A stretch of DNA of 64,000 nt from Gemmatimonadota bacterium. Its GTDB lineage: Bacteria > Gemmatimonadota > Gemmatimonadetes > Palauibacterales > Palauibacteraceae. The notes beneath the pieces were generated by a model. It was not told the origin of the DNA. It searched no databases and was given only the letters and a program-made list of their open reading frames with translations. How positions within the stretch are numbered: position 1 is the first letter of the stretch; each line of letters starts with the position of its first letter. Location: positions 1 to 64,000 of the forward strand of contig JBHIAV010000007.1 in NCBI GenBank assembly GCA_046758745.1. Direction: 5' to 3'. Both the position numbers and the translations under genes were made by a program. This document shows positions 34,506-44,709 of this stretch, one piece after another.

Positions 34506-37500
34506 TCAGCGCCTGGCCGCGTAGGCGCGAAGGGACGGAGGCACCCTCCGTCGGGCGAGCGCCCGCTCGGTCTCCGGGTCGGCGGGGGCCTTCCCCTCCA
34601 GGCTGCGCGTGACGTTTCCTTCCCGCACGTACAGGGGAACGCCGTCCCGGTAGCCTATGCGGTTGCGGGTCAGCGCCGGGATGCGCTCACCGGGTGTAAT
34701 GATCCCGGTGAGGTTGAGCGGGTCGGCCGCGCTGAGCACGAGCAAGCGGCCGGTCGGCTCGGCTCGGCGCACTGTGCGCAGCTTCCCAACAGCCTCGGGC
34801 AGGGCGAAGTGCTCGCCAGAGAATCCCCGCACGAACCGCCTGCCGCGCATCTCGCCCCTCGCCTCCAGCCGGCGGTACACGAGGACGAGCTCGCGCCAGC
34901 TCGGCGCGCGGGTCTCCCGGTCGAGGAGCCGGCGAAAGACGACTCCGTAGCGGCGGAGGAGGGCACGCGCGTGCGGCTCGGCGTCCAGGGGGCCCCGGAG
35001 GCCCTCTCCCGCGCGTGCGCGGTCGCTCGGGCCGTTCCCGGTTGCCTGCCGGGTGGCCTCCTCGCGGTCGGCGGTTGGGGCCTCCTCCGGCGGGTGGGCT
35101 GCCTTCTCCGCCGGGTGGGCTGCCTGCTCCACCGGGTCGACGGGTCGGAGCAGGGACCAGCGCCCCGCCGTGTCCACGCCGTACGCCGCGGTTCGGCGCC
35201 GCCGCCGAGTCCCCTCGGCCTCCCCGAGCAGAGGCTTTCGCTTCTCCGACGGGGTGAGGAGCGCCCGGAGGCCGGCGAAGCTGTCCGACGTCACGTACCC
35301 GAGGGCGACGAGCTCGCCGAGTGCCTGCTCCACCTGCGTCGGCAGGAGGGCGGATCCCGCCACGAGCTCCGCGAAGAAGGAGGCGCCACGCCGCCGGAGC
35401 CTCTCGAGGACGATTCGTGCGGGAGAGCTGAGCTTCTCATCCGCCGAGGCAGCCGTCGGGCTGAGCCACACCGCTCCATGTTCGCGCCGGAAGAGTCCAA
35501 TCGGGCTGGAGCGTAGCGGCCCTGTGGCGGCGAGTCCCGTGCCCTCGCCGGCCGGCGGCGTGAGCCGGCCCCATGCCATCCGGCCGCCGAGACAAAGCCG
35601 ATCGAGGAGCTCCGGCTCGTACTCCTCGCACCGCGCCGCGAGCACCTCCGTCTCCCACGCGGCGGCGGGGAGCTCCAGACCGTCCAGCTGCTCGATCACC
35701 GCGGCGAGCCCTTCGTCGCCCTTCACGCGGTGTTCCGGCTCGACGCACTGCCACTGGAAGAGAAAGCGCATGAAGTCGGCCGCGCTCACCGGTTCGATCT
35801 CCGCGCGCAGCCGGTTCAGGGTGTACCGGTGGATTCGGGAGAGAAGCCGCCGGTCGCACCACTCGAGGCCCCCGGCCGCCGGCGTGAAGGTGCCGCGCAG
35901 CACGACTCCCTCCGTCTCCAGCGCCAGAAGGACCTGCTCCGCCTCCACCTCGCTCACTCCGAGGGAGGCGCCGAGCACCGCCGCGGTGGTGGGGCCCACC
36001 ATCTCCAGACGGCTTCGCAAGAGTTCCCGGATGGCCTCATCCCGATTGGTCGGTTGGAGCGAGTGGCCCGGCGGTGGGGTCACCGCGGGTTCGAATTCCG
36101 CTTCCGGGAAGACGCTTCGGATCTCCGGGAGCCGCTCCGCAGCGACCCACAGGGGCCCGCTCCCGGCCGGCGACGGTAGGGCACCCGGGAGAGAAGCTGG
36201 CTGCGAGGACGGCTCGGCGCCGTCCGCCGCGTGGCCGCGCTGCCGTCGCTGCACCAGGGTCGCCCGACCGGCGGCCGTGAGCTCGTCCAGAAGGCCCGTC
36301 CATCCGAATCTCTCCCCTTCGGCTTGTAGCAGGAAGGCGCCGGTGAGGAGAGCATCGTGCAGCTCGTCCGGCGTCTCGGGGTCCGGCCATGCCTCCTCGC
36401 GCACCCGGTCGATGGCCTGCGGATCGAGCGCGCCCAGATCGACGGCCGAGGAGGGCTCCAGAGCCCGCCGGGCGTACACCGCCTGCGCGCGACGCTCCTC
36501 GAGCGGGGCGCCGTCGAGGAAGGCATAGGGCCGCGCGTTCAGGATCTCGTGTGAGAGCGGGGATGGCTCGGGGGTGTCGCGCGCCACGCAGCGCAGCTCC
36601 CCCGTCCAGATCGCTCGCAGGATCTCCCTCAGGCGTGGGAAGTCCATCGCCTCCTCGACGCAATCCTCGATCGTCTGCCGCACCAGCGGGTGGTCGGGGA
36701 TCTCCCTCGCGCCGACGATGTGCTCCAGGCACGCCGTGGCGTCCGGGAAGACCGCCGACAGCAGGTCCTCGGCCTCCATGCGCTGGATCTGCGGCGGCGT
36801 CTTTCTGCCCCGCCGCCACCGGGGCACCGCCAGCGAGACCGAGGCATTCCACCGCCACCTAGTCTGGAAGACGGGGGCATCGAACACGGCCTGCACGAGG
36901 AGATCCCGCACCGTGTCCGGGTGCAGGTAGCGGAAGACTTCCGCCAGGGGGAAGGAGTGCTGCGGGCCGAGCGAGAGGAGGATCCCTTCCTCCGTAGCCG
37001 CCGCCTGAAGCTCGAAGTTGAAGGACTGGCAGAAGCGCTTGCGCAGCGCCAGCCCCCACGCCCGGTTGATCCGGCTGCCGAACGGCGCGTGCAGGACGAG
37101 CTGCATCCCGCCCGACTCGTCGAAGAAGCGCTCGAGGACGAGGGTGCCGTGGGTGGGAAGCACGCCGAGAATTCGTTTCGACTCCGCGAAGTACGTGGCG
37201 ATCTGTGCCGCGGCCACGGGCGGGAGCCCGACCTCCCGGACGAGCCACTCGGTCGCTCGCTGCGCCGCAGAGGCCTGCCCAGCCGCCTCGGAATCCGGCT
37301 CCATCGCCTCGGGCGCGTCATCTCCCTTCAACCGCTCGTCCACCTCGCCCCTCAGCTCCGATACGGCGGCCGATAGCTCGCGACTCCGCCCAGGCGCCTC
37401 CCCGAGCCAGAACGGGATGCTGGGCGGGAGCCCCTGCGCATCGGCCACTCGAACCACCCCGGCCGACACCTGGAGAATGCGCCACGAGGCGTTGCCGAGC

Positions 37501-39152
37501 TGGAAGATGTCCCCAGCCATGCTCTCGCTGGCGAAGTCCTCGTTCAGCGTGCCCAGGAAGCTCCCTTCCGGCTCGAGGACGACCCGGTAGTCGGCGTTGT
37601 CGGGGATCGCTCCGCCGGAGGTGATCGCCACCAGACGTGCGCCCTTTCGCCCGCGGAGCCGCCCGTTCACCGCGTCGTGGTGGATGAGGGCCCCCCGGCG
37701 GCCGCGCCGGGTAGCGAAGCCTCGAGCCACCATGCGCACCACCTCGTCGAACTCTTCCCGCGTCAGCTTCCGGTACGGGTAGGCGCGGCGTACCAGGTTG
37801 AAGAGATCCTCCTCACGCCACGGCTCGCAGGCCGCCTCGGCGACGATCTGCTGCGCGAGCACGTCGAGCGGGCGCGGGAGGATGCGAAGCCGGTCCAGCT
37901 CCCCCGCGCGCACGGCCCGGAGGAGAGCGGCGCACTCGACCAGGTCGTCGCGCGTGAGCGGGAAGAGCCGTCCCTTCGGCGTTCCGCGTACGGTGTGCCC
38001 GGATCGCCCGATCCGCTGGAGGAACGCGGCGATCCGGTGCGGGGAGCCGATCTGGCACACGAGGTCCACGAACCCGATGTCGATCCCGAGCTCGAGCGAG
38101 GCGGTGGCCACGAGCGCCCTCAGCTCCCCTGCCTTGAGGCGCCGCTCCGCATCGAGCCGGGTCTCCTTCGACAGGCTGCCGTGGTGGGCCGTCACCGCCG
38201 CCTCACCGAGGCGCTCGCTCAGGCTGCGTGCCACCCGCTCGGCCAGCCGCCGCGTGTTGACGAATACGAGCGTCGTGCGGTGCGCCTCGATCAGCGTGAC
38301 AAGCCGCTCGAACGCCTCCTCCCACATCTCGCCCGACATCACCGCCTCCAGAGGCGAGCCGGGGAGCTCGAGCCCGAGGTCGAGCGCCCGGAGGTGTCCC
38401 GCGTTGACGATCTCGCATCGCGGTCGTCCCTCGGGGTCGAGCCCGCCCGCGCTGACGAGGAAGCGAGCCACCTCCTCGATGGGCTTCTGGGTGGCTGAGA
38501 GGCCGATGCGCTGGATCGCTCGCCCCGCCACGTGCTCCAGCCGCTCCAGCGTGAGGGAGAGGTGCGAGCCGCGCCTGGAGTCGAGCACGGCGTGGATCTC
38601 GTCCACGATCACCGCGCGGGCCGTGCGGAGAATCTCGCGGCTCCGCTCCGCCGTCAGCAGGAGGTAGAGCGACTCGGGCGTGGTCACCAGGATGTGCGGG
38701 GGCGTGCGGAGCATGGCCCGCCGCTCCGACTGCGTGGTGTCCCCGCTCCGGGTGGCGGCGGTGATCCGCACCGCCGGGAGCCCCATGCGCTCAGCCGTCT
38801 GCCGGATCTCGCGCCGGGGCTCGGCGAGGTTTCGGTGAATGTCAGCGCTGAGCGCCTTGAGCGGAGATACGTAGACGATCCGCGTCTCGTCGGGGAGCTC
38901 GCCGCCGTTCGCCAGCCCCTCCTCCAGAAGATCGTCGAGGGCGCTCAGGAAGGCGGCGAGCGTCTTTCCCGAGCCGGTAGGCGCCGAGATGAGGGTATGC
39001 CGGCCGGAGCGGATGGCGGCCCAGCCCCGGGTCTGAATCTCCATCGGCGCCTCGAAGCGGCCGCCGAACCAGGCACGCACGGCCCGGTGGAATCCGGCCG
39101 GTGCGTCGGGGGGCGAGGGGGGCTCGGCTGCATGGATCTTCGCGCGCGGCAT
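34506..39152 (-). CDS. lhr: Lhr-family DEAD/DEAH helicase, long form
   Basis: APTGSGKT, YVSPLKAL, TTPESL, DEIH, LSAT, HHGSL, ELGID, QRIGRSGH; C-terminal extension (LLRRYGV.FR, SAADP.NL). Confidence 0.93.
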   Translation of the reverse strand: MPRAKIHAAEPPSPPDAPAGFHRAVRAWFGGRFEAPMEIQTRGWAAIRSGRHTLISAPTGSGKTLAAFLSALDDLLEEGLANGGELPDETRIVYVSPLKALSADIHRNLAEPRREIRQTAERMGLPAVRITAATRSGDTTQSERRAMLRTPPHILVTTPESLYLLLTAERSREILRTARAVIVDEIHAVLDSRRGSHLSLTLERLEHVAGRAIQRIGLSATQKPIEEVARFLVSAGGLDPEGRPRCEIVNAGHLRALDLGLELPGSPLEAVMSGEMWEEAFERLVTLIEAHRTTLVFVNTRRLAERVARSLSERLGEAAVTAHHGSLSKETRLDAERRLKAGELRALVATASLELGIDIGFVDLVCQIGSPHRIAAFLQRIGRSGHTVRGTPKGRLFPLTRDDLVECAALLRAVRAGELDRLRILPRPLDVLAQQIVAEAACEPWREEDLFNLVRRAYPYRKLTREEFDEVVRMVARGFATRRGRRGALIHHDAVNGRLRGRKGARLVAITSGGAIPDNADYRVVLEPEGSFLGTLNEDFASESMAGDIFQLGNASWRILQVSAGVVRVADAQGLPPSIPFWLGEAPGRSRELSAAVSELRGEVDERLKGDDAPEAMEPDSEAAGQASAAQRATEWLVREVGLPPVAAAQIATYFAESKRILGVLPTHGTLVLERFFDESGGMQLVLHAPFGSRINRAWGLALRKRFCQSFNFELQAAATEEGILLSLGPQHSFPLAEVFRYLHPDTVRDLLVQAVFDAPVFQTRWRWNASVSLAVPRWRRGRKTPPQIQRMEAEDLLSAVFPDATACLEHIVGAREIPDHPLVRQTIEDCVEEAMDFPRLREILRAIWTGELRCVARDTPEPSPLSHEILNARPYAFLDGAPLEERRAQAVYARRALEPSSAVDLGALDPQAIDRVREEAWPDPETPDELHDALLTGAFLLQAEGERFGWTGLLDELTAAGRATLVQRRQRGHAADGAEPSSQPASLPGALPSPAGSGPLWVAAERLPEIRSVFPEAEFEPAVTPPPGHSLQPTNRDEAIRELLRSRLEMVGPTTAAVLGASLGVSEVEAEQVLLALETEGVVLRGTFTPAAGGLEWCDRRLLSRIHRYTLNRLRAEIEPVSAADFMRFLFQWQCVEPEHRVKGDEGLAAVIEQLDGLELPAAAWETEVLAARCEEYEPELLDRLCLGGRMAWGRLTPPAGEGTGLAATGPLRSSPIGLFRREHGAVWLSPTAASADEKLSSPARIVLERLRRRGASFFAELVAGSALLPTQVEQALGELVALGYVTSDSFAGLRALLTPSEKRKPLLGEAEGTRRRRRTAAYGVDTAGRWSLLRPVDPVEQAAHPAEKAAHPPEEAPTADREEATRQATGNGPSDRARAGEGLRGPLDAEPHARALLRRYGVVFRRLLDRETRAPSWRELVLVYRRLEARGEMRGRRFVRGFSGEHFALPEAVGKLRTVRRAEPTGRLLVLSAADPLNLTGIITPGERIPALTRNRIGYRDGVPLYVREGNVTRSLEGKAPADPETERALARRRVPPSLRAYAARR

Positions 39153-39522
39153 GTTTCCGAATATGGCGGCCCGGCCGGCGAAGTTCCATGTTCGCGCTTC
39201 GCCGGTTGCGGTGGCGTGCGGTGGCGGAACGAATGCGACCCGTGCCACGGGTCCCGGTGTGCATGCGGCCCATGTGTCCGGTGAGCTGCGGCAGCCCGTG
39301 CGGTCGGGAGACGCCGCCGCGGGTGTGGCAGGTGCGTCGATCCAGCCCGCCTGCTGCGGGGGCACGTGCGGGGGCACGTGCGGGCGGCGGCTCGGCCCGG
39401 CGCGGCCGGCCGATGGGGTGTTCGTTCGCGGCGGGCGTTGGGCGTCGACGGGAGATCAGCGTCGGGCGGTGCACGTCGGACCGACGATCGAAATCGGTAG
39501 AGAGCGACAGGACGAGGAGAGG

Positions 39523-41274
39523 ATGGCGATAAGACCGGGTCCGCGTGAGGCGCTCCGCTGGCGCGTGGGAGAAAAGGCTCCCTTGCTCCAGGCGAGGGGG
39601 AGCGGATGGCGCGCCTCGGGAGCGAGCGTGGCGGCGGCGAGCGTCCTCCTCGCGGGGCTCGCGGGGCCGCTCGCCGCCCAGCCGGCAGCGGCCGGCCGGC
39701 AGCCGGCGATCACCGAGCCTCCCGTGCGCTACGACACGGACCTCCTGGCACCCGAGTTTCACCGGGGCCGGCGAGCCGCATTGCTCGAGTCGCTGCCGGC
39801 GAACGCGGTGGCGGTGATTCTCAGCACCCCCCGCCGCAATCGCGAGAACGACGTGGACTTCGAATACCGCCAGGACAGCTACCTCTACTACCTGACCGGG
39901 ACCCACGAGCCGAGCTCCGTGCTCGTTCTCGCGCCGGGCGGGATCGAGGTGGACGACGAGCAGGTCACCGAGCTCCTCATGGTCCCTCCGCGAGACCCTG
40001 CGTCGGAGATGTGGACCGGCCGACTGTTCGGGGCAGATCGCGCCGAGGCGCGGCTCGGAGTCGAGAAGGCGGTGACGATCGAACGCTTCGAGGAGATCCT
40101 GGGTCCCCTCCTGGAGAGCCGGAGGCTCTATCACCTTCCTCTGCCGGACGGGCTCGCGTCGGGGTCGCAGCTCGACAGGCAGGTCGCCTTCCTGGTCGAG
40201 AAGGGGAAGGTGCTGCGCCTCCAGGGTCGCTTCGTTCGGTTCGCGCTCCCTCGAATGCTGAGCGTGAGCACGGACGAGGAGCTGCGGCGCACCCGGGCGC
40301 TGCTGCGCCGGCTGAGCGACCGCTTCGGTGCGGAGGCCCTCGGCGGCCCCGCCACGCGAGAGATCTTCGACGCCTTCCTGGCCGCCGGTTCGGCGAGCGA
40401 CTGGCGGGCGTGGAAGAAGGAGCACATCGAGGGTAGGTACGCCGATGGCAGCCTGCTTCGGTCGCGTCTCGACGCCCTGCGGGCCGTGAAGACCGACGAG
40501 GAGCTGGCCCTTCTCCGGCGGGCGATCGACATCACGGTCGAGGCGCACCGGGAGGCGATGCGCTCCATCGAGCCGGGGATGCACGAGTACGAGGTCGAGG
40601 CGCTGGTGGAGTACATCTTCCGCCGGAACGGGGCGGAGCACCCCGGCTTCCCGAGCATCATCGGAAGCGGCGAGAACTCGGTCATCCTGCATTACGAGAC
40701 GAACCGCCGCCGGATGGAGGCCGCGGACATGGTCGTGATCGACATCGGCGCCGAGTACCACGGCTACTCCGCCGATGTCACGCGGACCGTGCCGGTCGAC
40801 GGCGTCTTCTCACCCGAGCAGCGAAGTATCTACGAGCTGGTGCTGCGGGCTCAGGAGAAGGCGCTCGGCGCGGCGCGAGCAGGCCGCTCGTTCAACGCGC
40901 CGCACGCCGCTGCTCGCAAGGTCCTGCTCGAGGGGATGCGGGAGCTCGGTCTCGTCTCCAAGGAAGAGGAGCTCGGCCGCTTCTTCATGCACGGGACGAG
41001 CCACTACGTGGGCCTGTACGTGCACGATGTGGGATCCTACGGGAAGCTGGAGCCGGGCAACGTGATCACCGTCGAGCCCGGGATCTATATCGCCGCCGCC
41101 CCCGACATCGACCCGAAATGGTGGAACATCGGTGTGCGGATCGAGGACGACGTCCTGGTCACGGAGGGCGATCCGGTGGTGCTGTCGGCCAGCGCCCCCC
41201 GGACGGTGGCCGAGATAGAGGCGCTGATGCGCGAAAAGGGCCTCGGGAACGCGGCGGCCGGGAAGGTCGAGTAA
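39523..41274 (+). CDS. Xaa-Pro aminopeptidase (M24B)
   Basis: YRQDS...YLTG, LHY, DIGAE...Y.ADVTRT, HG.SH.VGL.VHD, TVEPGIY, GVRIEDD; start uncertain. Confidence 0.93.
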   Translation: MAIRPGPREALRWRVGEKAPLLQARGSGWRASGASVAAASVLLAGLAGPLAAQPAAAGRQPAITEPPVRYDTDLLAPEFHRGRRAALLESLPANAVAVILSTPRRNRENDVDFEYRQDSYLYYLTGTHEPSSVLVLAPGGIEVDDEQVTELLMVPPRDPASEMWTGRLFGADRAEARLGVEKAVTIERFEEILGPLLESRRLYHLPLPDGLASGSQLDRQVAFLVEKGKVLRLQGRFVRFALPRMLSVSTDEELRRTRALLRRLSDRFGAEALGGPATREIFDAFLAAGSASDWRAWKKEHIEGRYADGSLLRSRLDALRAVKTDEELALLRRAIDITVEAHREAMRSIEPGMHEYEVEALVEYIFRRNGAEHPGFPSIIGSGENSVILHYETNRRRMEAADMVVIDIGAEYHGYSADVTRTVPVDGVFSPEQRSIYELVLRAQEKALGAARAGRSFNAPHAAARKVLLEGMRELGLVSKEEELGRFFMHGTSHYVGLYVHDVGSYGKLEPGNVITVEPGIYIAAAPDIDPKWWNIGVRIEDDVLVTEGDPVVLSASAPRTVAEIEALMREKGLGNAAAGKVE

Positions 41275-41302
41275 CCCTGTCCGGGCCGTGGGACACTTCC
41301 GG

Positions 41303-42316
41303 CTACCGCCGGTGCCCGGTGGGAACACGGACGGTGAGGCCCGCCCAATCTCCGGCCGGCCCCGGGTACCTGGCGTCCCGGATCCGCACCTCCGGGCCCG
41401 GGCCGCCCGGCCGCACGACGAAGTGCGGGAAGCGGGCCCATCGGAGAAAGCCGCGACCCTCGCGTGTTCGGGCGGCACGGACCGCGGCGGGGGTGGTCGA
41501 ACCCTTTTCGACGCCCCGACCGGAGAGGGAGAAGCGCGGCTCGGGGAGCCAGCCGAATGACCCGATCTCGTAGCGATCGCCCACGTCGAGCACCACGTAT
41601 CGCTTCAAAGGGGTGAGCGGAAGCGGGGCGAGCATGACCCGTTCGGGCGTCGGCAGCTCCATGGCGGTCGCCTGGCGGGCCACGATTCCTCGCGCCGCCT
41701 GTCCGCTCGCCAGCATGGCGGCCGTGTAGCAGGCGGCCAGCACCAGGGCGATTCGAGCCGGGGCCTGTCCACGCCGCCGCGCGAGCGCCACGCCTCCTCC
41801 GAGAAGAAGCCACAGCCACGGATCGATGATGAACAGGGCGTCTCCGTAGAACCAGCGTTCGGAGAAGGGCATCAGGAAGCGGATGCCGTATACGTTCAGG
41901 AAGTCGAGCGCCGGGTGGGTGAGAACGCCGACGATCGCCAGGAGGAGGATGTGGCGCGGCACGACCGCGCGCCCTGCCTCCCGGCCCGTAGGCCGCGCAT
42001 CAGCGCTCCGCTGTGCCTCGTTCCGTGGTGCGGCCGTCGAGCGCGCCGGATGTCGCCCGCCTCTCCCGCGCACGCGGCGGTCCCAGGCGAGCAGTAGCAG
42101 CGTAAGGGCGACCGGAAGCGCCGCCATGGCCAGGACGCCATGCGTCCATCCGCGCCGAAACTCGAGCGCCGCGACGTTGCCGAACGCATAGGCGAGGACA
42201 TCGAGGTCGGGGAGGTTGGCGGCGAGGATAAGGGTGGTCATGCCGAGCGCCGTTCGGTGCTTGAGCCCGGCCTCTCCGAGGGCCGCTCCGACCAGCGTGT
42301 GGGAGATCGGATCCAT
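41303..42316 (-). CDS. Membrane-bound metal-dependent hydrolase (YdjM/DUF457-like)
   Basis: MD..SH.LVGA, ANLPDLD, RGWTH, TH..LD.LN.YG. Confidence 0.88.
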   Translation of the reverse strand: MDPISHTLVGAALGEAGLKHRTALGMTTLILAANLPDLDVLAYAFGNVAALEFRRGWTHGVLAMAALPVALTLLLLAWDRRVRGRGGRHPARSTAAPRNEAQRSADARPTGREAGRAVVPRHILLLAIVGVLTHPALDFLNVYGIRFLMPFSERWFYGDALFIIDPWLWLLLGGGVALARRRGQAPARIALVLAACYTAAMLASGQAARGIVARQATAMELPTPERVMLAPLPLTPLKRYVVLDVGDRYEIGSFGWLPEPRFSLSGRGVEKGSTTPAAVRAARTREGRGFLRWARFPHFVVRPGGPGPEVRIRDARYPGPAGDWAGLTVRVPTGHRR

Positions 42317-42440
42317 TCAGTCACACTAGGTCGCGATCGACGGCGGGTACAGGGGACAGTACCTTGCTGCGCGTCGTGTGGCGGCGTGTGTGTCGTGCCC
42401 GGCGGAGCCCGCTGAAACCGACGAGTCAGGAAAGGAAGCG

Positions 42441-43259
42441 ATGTCCTCCGACTCTCTCCCCGTGAGCCGCTCCGCCGCGGCTCTCGTTACCGGTGCGTCC
42501 TCTGGGATCGGTGAAGCGCTGGCCCGGCGCTTCGCGCGAGGTGGGTACGCCGTCGTCCTCACCGCGAGGAGCGAGGAGCGCCTGCGCGAGGTGGCGGGCG
42601 AGCTCGAGAAGAACTTCCGGGTGCCGACGCGGGTGATCGCCGGGGACCTCGCCGACCCGGAGGCTCCCCTGCAAATCTTCGAGGCGCTGCGCGAAGCCGA
42701 CTTCACCGTCGAAGCGCTCGTCAACAACGCCGCGTTCGGCACGTACGGCCTCTTCGTCGACACGGATCTGGAGGCGGAGCTCGCGATGGTGCAGGTGAAC
42801 GTCGCCTCCCTCACCCATCTATCGAAGCTCTTCGCCAGAGAGATGGTGGCCCGGGGAGGCGGGCGCATCCTGAACGTCGCCTCCACCGCCGCCTTCCAGC
42901 CGGGTCCCCTCATGGCGGTGTACTACGCGACCAAGGCCTACGTCCTCTCGTTCTCCGAAGCCCTCGGCGAGGAGCTCCGGGGCACCGGGGTGACGGTGAC
43001 CGCCCTGTGTCCCGGTCCGACCGCCACCGGCTTTCAGAAGCGGGCCGACATGGAGGGCTCGCGGCTCGTGGCCGGCACCTTCCTCAAGGTGATGGACCCG
43101 GCGGTGGTAGCGGAGATCGGCTACGAGGCGATGATGCGCGGCGAGCGCCTCGTGGTTCCCGGCCTGGCCAATCGGCTCCTCGCCGGGTCGGTGCGCTTCA
43201 CCCCGCGTCCTGCCGTCACCCGCCTCGTCCGCGCGCTCATGGAGCGCCATGGGCGGTGA
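42441..43259 (+). CDS. Short-chain dehydrogenase/reductase
   Basis: TGASSGIG, VNNA, NVAS, YYATK. Confidence 0.93.
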   Translation: MSSDSLPVSRSAAALVTGASSGIGEALARRFARGGYAVVLTARSEERLREVAGELEKNFRVPTRVIAGDLADPEAPLQIFEALREADFTVEALVNNAAFGTYGLFVDTDLEAELAMVQVNVASLTHLSKLFAREMVARGGGRILNVASTAAFQPGPLMAVYYATKAYVLSFSEALGEELRGTGVTVTALCPGPTATGFQKRADMEGSRLVAGTFLKVMDPAVVAEIGYEAMMRGERLVVPGLANRLLAGSVRFTPRPAVTRLVRALMERHGR

Positions 43260-43383
43260 AGGGAAGGTCGGGGGCGGGACGCCCGGCCTGTGCGGAACCT
43301 CCTCTCGCGCCCGCCACGTTCTTCAGTGGGTTCCCTGGAACGAACGACGATGGATCGGAGACCTCCTGGAGGAGGCCGGAAGG

Positions 43384-44253
43384 ATGCGGAGCGGCAGATC
43401 ACGACTGGCCCTCGTCTTGGGCGGCGGTGGCAGCAAGGGTGCCATGCAGGCCGGCCTGTACCGCGCCCTCTGCCAGCTCGGGATCCGACCCGATCTGATT
43501 GTGGGCGCCAGCGTTGGTGCGCTCAACGGGGCGGCGATCGCCGCCGGGGTCGGGCCCAAGACCCTGGCGCATGGATGGGAGTCCCTCTCGAGGCGGGACC
43601 TGCTGCGTTTCAATCGGAGAATTCTTTGGCGGCTGGGCGCCGTCAGGAGCATCTTCTCTTCCAACCGCTTCTACCGTTTCCTGGAAGGCCGCCTGCCGGT
43701 GCGGACCTTTTCGGAGCTGAAGATCCCTCTGATGGTCATCACCACCCGCCTCGCGACGGGAGAGGCCCGCGTGTGGGAGCGCGGTGATCTGCCGAAGGCG
43801 GTTCAGGCGAGCTGCTCGATCCCCGGAATCCTTCCACCGGTCAAGGACCACGAAGGGATCTGGCACGTCGACGGCGCACTCGCGGACAACCTGCCGGTCG
43901 AGACGGCTCGGGAGCGAGGCGCCACGCACATCATCGCCATGAACTGTCGCACCTGTGCCCGCTGCGCTCCGGAACCCGACTCGCTCTCCGACGTGATCGG
44001 ACTGGCTTTCGGCATCGCCATCGACTGCAAGCTGCGGGCGATGGAACAGCGGTACCGCGACGACCCGACGGTATTGCTCCTTCAGCCCGACATCGGTGAG
44101 AGGATCTACGCGCTCGATTTCTCGCACGGCCGGCGACTCGTCGAGGCGGGCTACGAATACTCCCTTCCTCGGATCCGGGCCTGGTGGGAGAGGACATTTC
44201 CGGCCGGCTCTCTTCTGCCCAGGGGTTCAACGGTGGAGGTCTCCTCCCGCTGA
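43384..44253 (+). CDS. Patatin-like phospholipase
   Basis: LGGGGSKG, GASVG nucleophile elbow, AS.SIPG, VDGA. Confidence 0.92.
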   Translation: MRSGRSRLALVLGGGGSKGAMQAGLYRALCQLGIRPDLIVGASVGALNGAAIAAGVGPKTLAHGWESLSRRDLLRFNRRILWRLGAVRSIFSSNRFYRFLEGRLPVRTFSELKIPLMVITTRLATGEARVWERGDLPKAVQASCSIPGILPPVKDHEGIWHVDGALADNLPVETARERGATHIIAMNCRTCARCAPEPDSLSDVIGLAFGIAIDCKLRAMEQRYRDDPTVLLLQPDIGERIYALDFSHGRRLVEAGYEYSLPRIRAWWERTFPAGSLLPRGSTVEVSSR

Positions 44254-44353
44254 ACGACAGGCGACGGAGAGCCTCGAGCTTCTTGAACTCGCCGGTGCTC
44301 AGCCGAAACTCGCCGCCGGGTGGCTGAGCCCGGTGGAGGTTGGAGTCAGGCGA

Positions 44354-44614
44354 TCAGCCTTCCGCCTTCTCCCGCAGCATCTCCAGCACCGGCGCCAGCT
44401 TCTCGAGGATCTCGCGCGCGTGCTCCGGTTCCAGGTCGGCGATCGGCCGGTCAAGCTTGCACAGGAAGCGCCCGTCTTGCTGAACGTAGATTCGAAGCTC
44501 GTCCAGGTGCAGCACGCGCCGGATCTTCTGCTCGATGGCCTCAGCCCCGCGTTGCTCGGAGGCGTCCGGCTGCGCGCCGGGGTCTTCCACGTCGCCGGTC
44601 TCCGTCACCGTCAT
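44354..44614 (-). CDS. Small hypothetical protein (86 aa)
   Basis: GGGGAG SD before ATG 44614; globular-looking composition; fills the intergenic gap. Confidence 0.6.
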   Translation of the reverse strand: MTVTETGDVEDPGAQPDASEQRGAEAIEQKIRRVLHLDELRIYVQQDGRFLCKLDRPIADLEPEHAREILEKLAPVLEMLREKAEG

Positions 44615-44709
44615 AGAGTTCTCCCCGAAGTAACCGCCATCGGCAAGGCTGAAGGGAAGGAGGGTTTCCGCCTCGCACCGCCGCAACTTGGTTTCAGGGT
44701 GTCGGGGAG

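Noticed and set aside
35085-35130. 21-bp duplication in lhr (AAHPAEK/AAHPPEE) and 12-bp repeat near 39356-39385
   Set aside because: Short slippage repeats in a low-complexity linker or intergenic DNA, with no evidence of function
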